Part shown: piece by piece, positions 35,429 to 40,000 of the stretch
Position numbering within the stretch: position 1 is the stretch's first letter
Layout of the letters: every line of letters starts with the position of its first letter
Assembly: GCF_900112955.1 (NCBI RefSeq)
Contig: NZ_FONP01000002.1
Span: forward strand, 192,582 to 232,581
Reading direction: 5' to 3'
Origin: Peptostreptococcus sp. D1
GTDB taxonomy: Bacteria; Bacillota; Clostridia; Peptostreptococcales; Peptostreptococcaceae
Length of the DNA stretch: 40,000 nt
Translations under genes and position numbers: made by a program
Notes under the pieces: generated by a model
Told to the model about the DNA's origin: nothing
The model's database searches: none
Seen by the model: the letters and a program-made list of their open reading frames with translations, nothing else

Positions 35429-35456
35429 AAAAAAGAACATCCTGCCCAAGATGTCC
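35429..35456 (-). terminator. Terminator after the late-regulator gene
   Basis: Minus-strand RNA: GGACAUC-8 nt-GAUGUUC, followed by U6. Confidence 0.5.
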
Positions 35457-35586
35457 TTTTTTTGAATAAATTATTTTAGGGAGGTCATGAAGCCCGTCTA
35501 CTTAAGTCAAAGAAGGTGGTAATTAGTGATTCACAATGACTACCACCCTCAACTTCCACAATACCATAATATCACATTTCTATGGC

Positions 35587-36006
35587 TCATTGTGGCTCAT
35601 CTTTTAATAATTCACCAAATTTTTGTAATGCCCTCCCATGAAATCTTTTCACTTGCGCATATGAATACCCCATCTCATAAGCTATTTTAATCAAATTATA
35701 CCCCTTAAGATATTTTCTGTCTAAAATTTCTATGTATCTATCATCCATCATCAAATCTAGTTTAGATACAATATTTCTCTTAATATCAATCTGCTTATCA
35801 ATCAAAATATCCAACTCTTTCTCATAATCATAGATTTTTGCAATAATGCTAGATAAACTATCTCCACATATTGATGTCTGAACTCTTTCAGATAAGACAG
35901 CACTACACTTTTCAGCCTTAGAACGTTCCTCAATAATTTGGTCAATTTTTAATTTTATCTTATACTCGTAAGCTTGAACTTGCATCAAATATTGTTTAGC
36001 TGTCAT
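35587..36006 (-). CDS. Sigma-70 region-4-like phage late transcriptional activator (DUF1492/RinA-ArpU-like)
   Basis: 139 aa. C-terminal IEILDRKYLKGYNLIKIAYEMGYSYAQVKRFHGRALQKF is a region-4-type HTH. It sits upstream of the packaging genes. Confidence 0.65.
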   Translation of the reverse strand: MTAKQYLMQVQAYEYKIKLKIDQIIEERSKAEKCSAVLSERVQTSICGDSLSSIIAKIYDYEKELDILIDKQIDIKRNIVSKLDLMMDDRYIEILDRKYLKGYNLIKIAYEMGYSYAQVKRFHGRALQKFGELLKDEPQ

Positions 36007-36232
36007 ATTCTACCTCTCCAAAATTGATTATTCTCACATGCTCATTATCTAAATTATGATCATAATGATGCAGTATTATTGGCTTTAAAAAACTCAATTC
36101 AGAATCAACATAAATAACAACTTCTGTCTTACAAAATCGTTTCATATGAAATGTTATCGCCACACCTTTTTTTGCTAGGTAACAGCTATCAATCATTTTT
36201 ATCAATTTTTCTTTTTCGTTCAACCAAATCAC
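35996..36232 (-). CDS. Hypothetical phage protein
   Basis: 78-aa ORF coupled to RusA (the GTG overlaps the TGA). The start could instead be the TTG at 36223. Confidence 0.55.
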   Translation of the reverse strand: MIWLNEKEKLIKMIDSCYLAKKGVAITFHMKRFCKTEVVIYVDSELSFLKPIILHHYDHNLDNEHVRIINFGEVEYDS

Positions 36233-36633
36233 CTTCCTATTTTTTCAACTCTAATATAAATACCTGGAATATCAGCCCAAAACTTTTCGCATATTAAACT
36301 TGCAATTTGAGCATCATCGCACCAAAAACCAACGCTTGTCATACAATCCTGCAATAACTTCTGTGCGTTATCTAGATCAGGCTTAGTGTCTTTGTACTGA
36401 CCATCTACCTTACTATTTCTCATAGGGTAACACCATTTTACATATAGCCTTAACGATCCTCTAAGCTTTCTAGACGGTTTAAATTTACCTAAGTGACCAA
36501 TCAGCTTATTTCTTGCCTGCTTAAGTTCAGGCGGCTCGTAGAAGGTTTTATTTTTAAAATTAACTTGCTTTTCTTGATGAGTAACTGTTGGTGGATTCAT
36601 TGACATAAAAAACTCTATCATAACATTCTCCAT
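36229..36633 (-). CDS. rusA: RusA-family Holliday junction resolvase
   Basis: KPDLDNAQKLLQDCM...WCDDAQI matches the RusA catalytic Asp pattern. The likely start is the ATG at 36621 (GGAGA 5 nt upstream). Confidence 0.8.
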   Translation of the reverse strand: MENVMIEFFMSMNPPTVTHQEKQVNFKNKTFYEPPELKQARNKLIGHLGKFKPSRKLRGSLRLYVKWCYPMRNSKVDGQYKDTKPDLDNAQKLLQDCMTSVGFWCDDAQIASLICEKFWADIPGIYIRVEKIGR

Positions 36634-36730
36634 TCTTTTCTACCATCCTTTTATAAATGATATTGATTATCTATTAATATTTTTCATAACGGCATTTTTG
36701 CTTTAGTCATTAGGCGACCGTGAATAGTTA

Positions 36731-36950
36731 TGTTGGGCGAATGCTTACGCCCAACTAATCTTTCACAGTCTATGACATTTTGTGTCACGCGACAGAAAAA
36801 TATATATATTATATATATGTTTTTGCCGTCGCACTGCGACAATAACTGAAAATCAGTTTTTGTCACGGGTTTTTGACGCACTGCGACAATAACTGAAATT
36901 TATGTTTTTGACGCACTGCGACACGCATGACAAAATCAGTTTTTGTCGCA
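36731..36950. other. Putative phage replication origin: hairpin, AT-rich tract and three iterons
   Basis: GTTGGGCG/CGCCCAAC hairpin (36732-36755). An (AT)n-rich tract at 36796-36820. Iterons TGTTTTTG(A/C)CG..GCACTGCGACA at 36818, 36869 and 36903. The palindrome GTCGCACTGCGAC. Confidence 0.55.
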
Positions 36951-39200
36951 CGTAGTATCTTCTGATTTTCTATGAAGTATACTATGTTTACCTGGACCTT
37001 TTTCCTCAGAATCAAATCCACCATGTTCTTTTATTCTTCTCCAAGCAGTTCGCTCTGATACTCCCATTTCTTTAGCTAAATCCTGAATAGTTATATCTTT
37101 TCCATCCATCTCCAAGCTTGCGAATGCGATTTCTAATGTATTTTGCCTTTCTTCCTTCTTCTTCTCCTTAGGTTTTCTAGATTCTATTCCTTTCTGCCAT
37201 GGAGCTTTTTCCGATTCAGGCATCACATCTTTCAAAACACCAGATTCATCAATCTTATGGATTGGATAGTCAAACCATACATTTACAGGATCAAATCCGG
37301 CAAACTCTCTAAGTGTACCTTCAATTCTCCATGCAGTCTTTTGCGCTGCCAATCTCATAACACCATCCAATCTTCCCTCTAATTCTATAAACTTACTTTG
37401 AGATAATGATTTTCTAGCATGGGATAACATTTGTGCCTTGCTTAAGGTATCATCAATACCAACATTTTCCTCAAAATAATCCTCATTTAGATTTTGAATA
37501 GCCAAAGCTAAATAATTTGCTGCAGCCTTTTCCTTTTCATGTTTAATAAGCTCATCAGATAAAGATAGTTCTGTTAAATCTATAAGGGCGTCTGGATCCC
37601 TAGCAAATACACCCGATCCGCTAGCTCTGTCCATAGAACGCTTACCACCTTGATATCCTTTTGAATGATGATGGCAGTATATAACAGCACTCCCTAAATC
37701 TGTACAAACCTTATCGAATTGATTACAAAAATGAGCCATTTGATCAGCACTATTTTCATCCCCAGTAATAACCTTATATATAGGATCTATTATTATAGCT
37801 ATATAATCCTTTTTCTGTGCCCTTCTTATTAACTTTGGAGCCAACTTATCCATTGGCACAGACTTACCTCTTAGATTCCAAATATCGATGTTTTTAAGAT
37901 TGTTTGGCATGATCTCCATTGCATTATACACATCTTTAAATCTATGAAAGCAACTTGCCCTATCAAGCTCCAAATTCACGTACATCACTTTCCCCTTAGC
38001 ACACTGCCATCCTAGCCACTTATTGCCTTCTGCTATAGCAATACATAGTTCAATTAATGCATAACTTTTACCAGCTTTTGACGGTCCTGCCATAAGCATT
38101 TTATGTCCCTGTCGAAGAACTCCATTGATCAAAGGTGGAGCCAAATCAGGTAAATCATTAAAGAATGCATCTAAGCTTTCAGGGTCTGGCAAATCATCAT
38201 TAACACCCTCTATCCACTCGAACCATTCATTCCAATCCTTTTTTCCAATATTGGTATCAATTAAGAATTGTTTTTTACCATTTCTAATAACTCCAGGCAT
38301 TCTACTTAATCTTGAAGGGTTTTTATTTTGAATATCTATTTCTAACCCATTTTTCTTACAAACATTATATAGATATTCAACTCTTTTTCTATACTCGTCA
38401 TAACTTCCAGCATCTACTTTTACTATTGCATGAATTGATTTTTTCCCAGAGTGCACTAAACAAGCAACTGGCAATTCTAGCTCTCTAATGATTGCATTTT
38501 GTTTTTCTAGTTCCATTGAATCAGATTCAACAAGTGCATACCTAAAATCAATAACATTATCATTTTTACATCCCTTGCCATCTAGTGGATTAAACCTAAT
38601 CCATGCACCCACCTCTGGCTTGTAGTCGCCTAATACTGCGCCTATATCATCATTACAGTTGCTAAGCTCTTGAATTAATTGCCCTGCTGTTCTATCCCAA
38701 TGCCCCTTTTGTGGAATACTTTTGCCTTCAATTTCCCACACAGAAGTTACATATCCTACGTTTTCGTTTGCTTCAAATAATATTTCTAAATACTTTATCA
38801 ACTCTTTTGAAGGGCTCCAGTTTTGAGGCTCCTCAATATCTTTCCCTTCAATCCAAGTTTTGTCTATTATAACAAGATCATCTTTTATTTCATCATCCCA
38901 ATCAAGTGAATGACCTTCCCTTTTTAAAACTGGTGTATAACCATTCTCTACAGCCATCTGGTAGATAGTTCCACCCGTTACAGGATTATTACTACCATGA
39001 AATCCCATCCATTTAGTAAAGCATTCGCCACTACGGTATCTTTTGCTATCTTTTTGACTCCATCTATCCCAATCCGCAGCAGTGAAACCTTCATGTTTTA
39101 ATCCCATCCCTACGTTAATCCAATCTTGATAAGATAAACTCGATGGATCAATATATTCAATTAACTCTAATAAATTAGAATGGTAATTCGACATAAGCAT
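36936..39200 (-). CDS. Bifunctional primase / RecA-like (AAA_25, RepA-type) helicase with a C-terminal HTH
   Basis: 754 aa. An N-terminal primase-type region, Walker A AGPSKAGKSY with ...VNLELD, and a C-terminal HTH LAKEMGVSERTAWRRI. The preferred start is the ATG at 39194 (AGGAG 6 nt upstream). Confidence 0.85.
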   Translation of the reverse strand: MLMSNYHSNLLELIEYIDPSSLSYQDWINVGMGLKHEGFTAADWDRWSQKDSKRYRSGECFTKWMGFHGSNNPVTGGTIYQMAVENGYTPVLKREGHSLDWDDEIKDDLVIIDKTWIEGKDIEEPQNWSPSKELIKYLEILFEANENVGYVTSVWEIEGKSIPQKGHWDRTAGQLIQELSNCNDDIGAVLGDYKPEVGAWIRFNPLDGKGCKNDNVIDFRYALVESDSMELEKQNAIIRELELPVACLVHSGKKSIHAIVKVDAGSYDEYRKRVEYLYNVCKKNGLEIDIQNKNPSRLSRMPGVIRNGKKQFLIDTNIGKKDWNEWFEWIEGVNDDLPDPESLDAFFNDLPDLAPPLINGVLRQGHKMLMAGPSKAGKSYALIELCIAIAEGNKWLGWQCAKGKVMYVNLELDRASCFHRFKDVYNAMEIMPNNLKNIDIWNLRGKSVPMDKLAPKLIRRAQKKDYIAIIIDPIYKVITGDENSADQMAHFCNQFDKVCTDLGSAVIYCHHHSKGYQGGKRSMDRASGSGVFARDPDALIDLTELSLSDELIKHEKEKAAANYLALAIQNLNEDYFEENVGIDDTLSKAQMLSHARKSLSQSKFIELEGRLDGVMRLAAQKTAWRIEGTLREFAGFDPVNVWFDYPIHKIDESGVLKDVMPESEKAPWQKGIESRKPKEKKKEERQNTLEIAFASLEMDGKDITIQDLAKEMGVSERTAWRRIKEHGGFDSEEKGPGKHSILHRKSEDTTCDKN

Positions 39201-40000
39201 CTCCTATACTAGCAGATGGTTTATAATTCTTTGGATTAATATCCTTTGGAATTTTCCAGCCATTGCCTGCTATTCTATCTATTAATTTTCTTGCTGAATT
39301 AAATTCCCATGTTCCAACATTCTTAAATCCTCTTTGCTCTAAAAACCTTATTTGTTTTGGAGTTGTAAGCCCTTCATTTCGTCTTACCTCTAATCTATCA
39401 AGCAACAATTTTGCTTTTCCAGCGTTCTCTACTTCATCTGGGAATATTCCCATTTTTTCAAGTGTCTTAATCTGTTTTTCAGAAGGAGGGCTCATTTCCC
39501 AACCGAATGAAGGAACATAATTCGCTAAATCTTCCGCCTGTATACTCATTTCAAATTGAAGTGGATCAACAAGCTTTCTTTTTCGTTTTCTCATTTCTTC
39601 AAGCTTGGCAGCTAAAGCTTCTTCTCTTTGTAAGATAACTTCTTCTTCAGCTATCTTTTCAATTATTTCTAAATCTTCAGGACAACCTGATTCCGTTATT
39701 TTATCAGTCATAATTTTGGCAACTTCTTCATTTTGAGCTATTAAATGTGCTGGATGGCAAAGCTCATGTTTTTCTGTATGCCATAAAAAATCTAACACTA
39801 ATAAATCTTCTTTACCTGAATGAAGTCTTGTACCGCGACCAACCATCTGAGAATATAAAGATCTTACCTTTGTTGGTCTTAAGACTATTACACAATCCAC
39901 AGATGGACAGTCCCAACCCTCTGTAAGGAGCATGGAATTACAAAGCACATTATATTTATTGCTATCAAAATCTTCTAGCACTTGTGCTCTATTATCTGAA
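39175..40000 (-). CDS. Superfamily-2 (DEAD/SNF2-like) helicase, C-terminal part (the ORF enters from beyond the window end)
   Basis: The frame is open up to nt 40000. Helicase motifs V/VI: LLTEGWDCP and QMVGRGTR. Confidence 0.8.
   Translation of the reverse strand, partial: SDNRAQVLEDFDSNKYNVLCNSMLLTEGWDCPSVDCVIVLRPTKVRSLYSQMVGRGTRLHSGKEDLLVLDFLWHTEKHELCHPAHLIAQNEEVAKIMTDKITESGCPEDLEIIEKIAEEEVILQREEALAAKLEEMRKRKRKLVDPLQFEMSIQAEDLANYVPSFGWEMSPPSEKQIKTLEKMGIFPDEVENAGKAKLLLDRLEVRRNEGLTTPKQIRFLEQRGFKNVGTWEFNSARKLIDRIAGNGWKIPKDINPKNYKPSASIGDAYVELPF

Larger units (their letters stand above)
19398..40000 (-). mobile_element. PBSX-like contractile-tail (myovirus-type) prophage segment, truncated after the XkdQ-like gene. 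The replication end runs off the window.
   Basis: Gene order: helicase, primase, RusA, late regulator, terS, terL, portal, MuF, scaffold, capsid, connectors, sheath, tube, chaperones, TMP, LysM, XkdQ-like. Confidence 0.85.

Noticed and set aside
36684-36881. The 65-aa ORF between RusA and the primase
   Set aside because: It overlaps the iteron/AT-tract region, has no SD and has an odd composition. It is more plausibly an origin sequence.
36818-36923. The direct repeats considered as a CRISPR array
   Set aside because: There are only three copies, with unequal spacing of 34-51 bp. The repeats partly share flanks. No cas genes are present, and the array abuts a replication gene.
107-39520. 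All plus-strand ORFs in the track (for example 107..493, 2432..2866, 12632..12901, 13906..14433, 14207..14743, 21411..21692, 22719..23063)
   Set aside because: Each lies antisense inside a well-supported minus-strand gene. They have low-complexity S/F/L-rich products typical of shadow frames and no Shine-Dalgarno. In the adhesin they simply mirror the tandem repeats.

Overview
Low-GC, Firmicutes/Clostridia-like DNA, read by eye only (no BLAST, HMM or computed statistics). Every convincing gene is on the minus strand. I saw no rRNA, tRNA or CRISPR. The window is a mosaic of three mobile units.

(1) About 1-16.0 kb is part of a conjugative element. It carries Maff2, a VirB6-like protein, SSB, a damaged C5-methyltransferase, a VirD4/TraG coupling protein, PcfB, a DnaC/IstB-like ATPase, a RepA_N initiator, a Bro/DinD-like protein and ParB/ParA. 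Cargo follows: a TetR gene, a truncated ABC-ATPase stub and a 1320-aa LPXTG Cna-B adhesin.

(2) About 16.2-19.4 kb is a serine-recombinase junction. It holds a small resolvase, then a 320-aa serine recombinase with a 2-TM/zinc-ribbon cargo gene. That pair is bracketed by two about 258-bp direct repeats that also duplicate the last 11 codons of a phage tail gene.

(3) 19.4-40 kb is a PBSX-like contractile-tail prophage with helicase, primase-helicase, putative ori, RusA, late regulator, terS/terL, portal, MuF, scaffold, capsid, connectors, sheath, tube, chaperones, tape measure, and XkdP- and XkdQ-like genes. It stops abruptly after the XkdQ-like gene.

Best candidate for an undescribed system: a self-contained two-gene moron (34377..35327, 316-aa soluble protein; 33838..34347, 4-TM protein). 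It has its own promoter and terminator and sits between the late regulator and terS.

Other unexplained signals:
- the repeat-bracketed recombinase cassette;
- a 166-codon same-strand ORF with its own Shine-Dalgarno (SD) overlapping the C5-methyltransferase motifs;
- four copies of a 25-bp palindrome at gene junctions in the transfer module;
- an iteron plus AT-rich putative phage origin;
- a MuF C-terminal extension with a small downstream gene.
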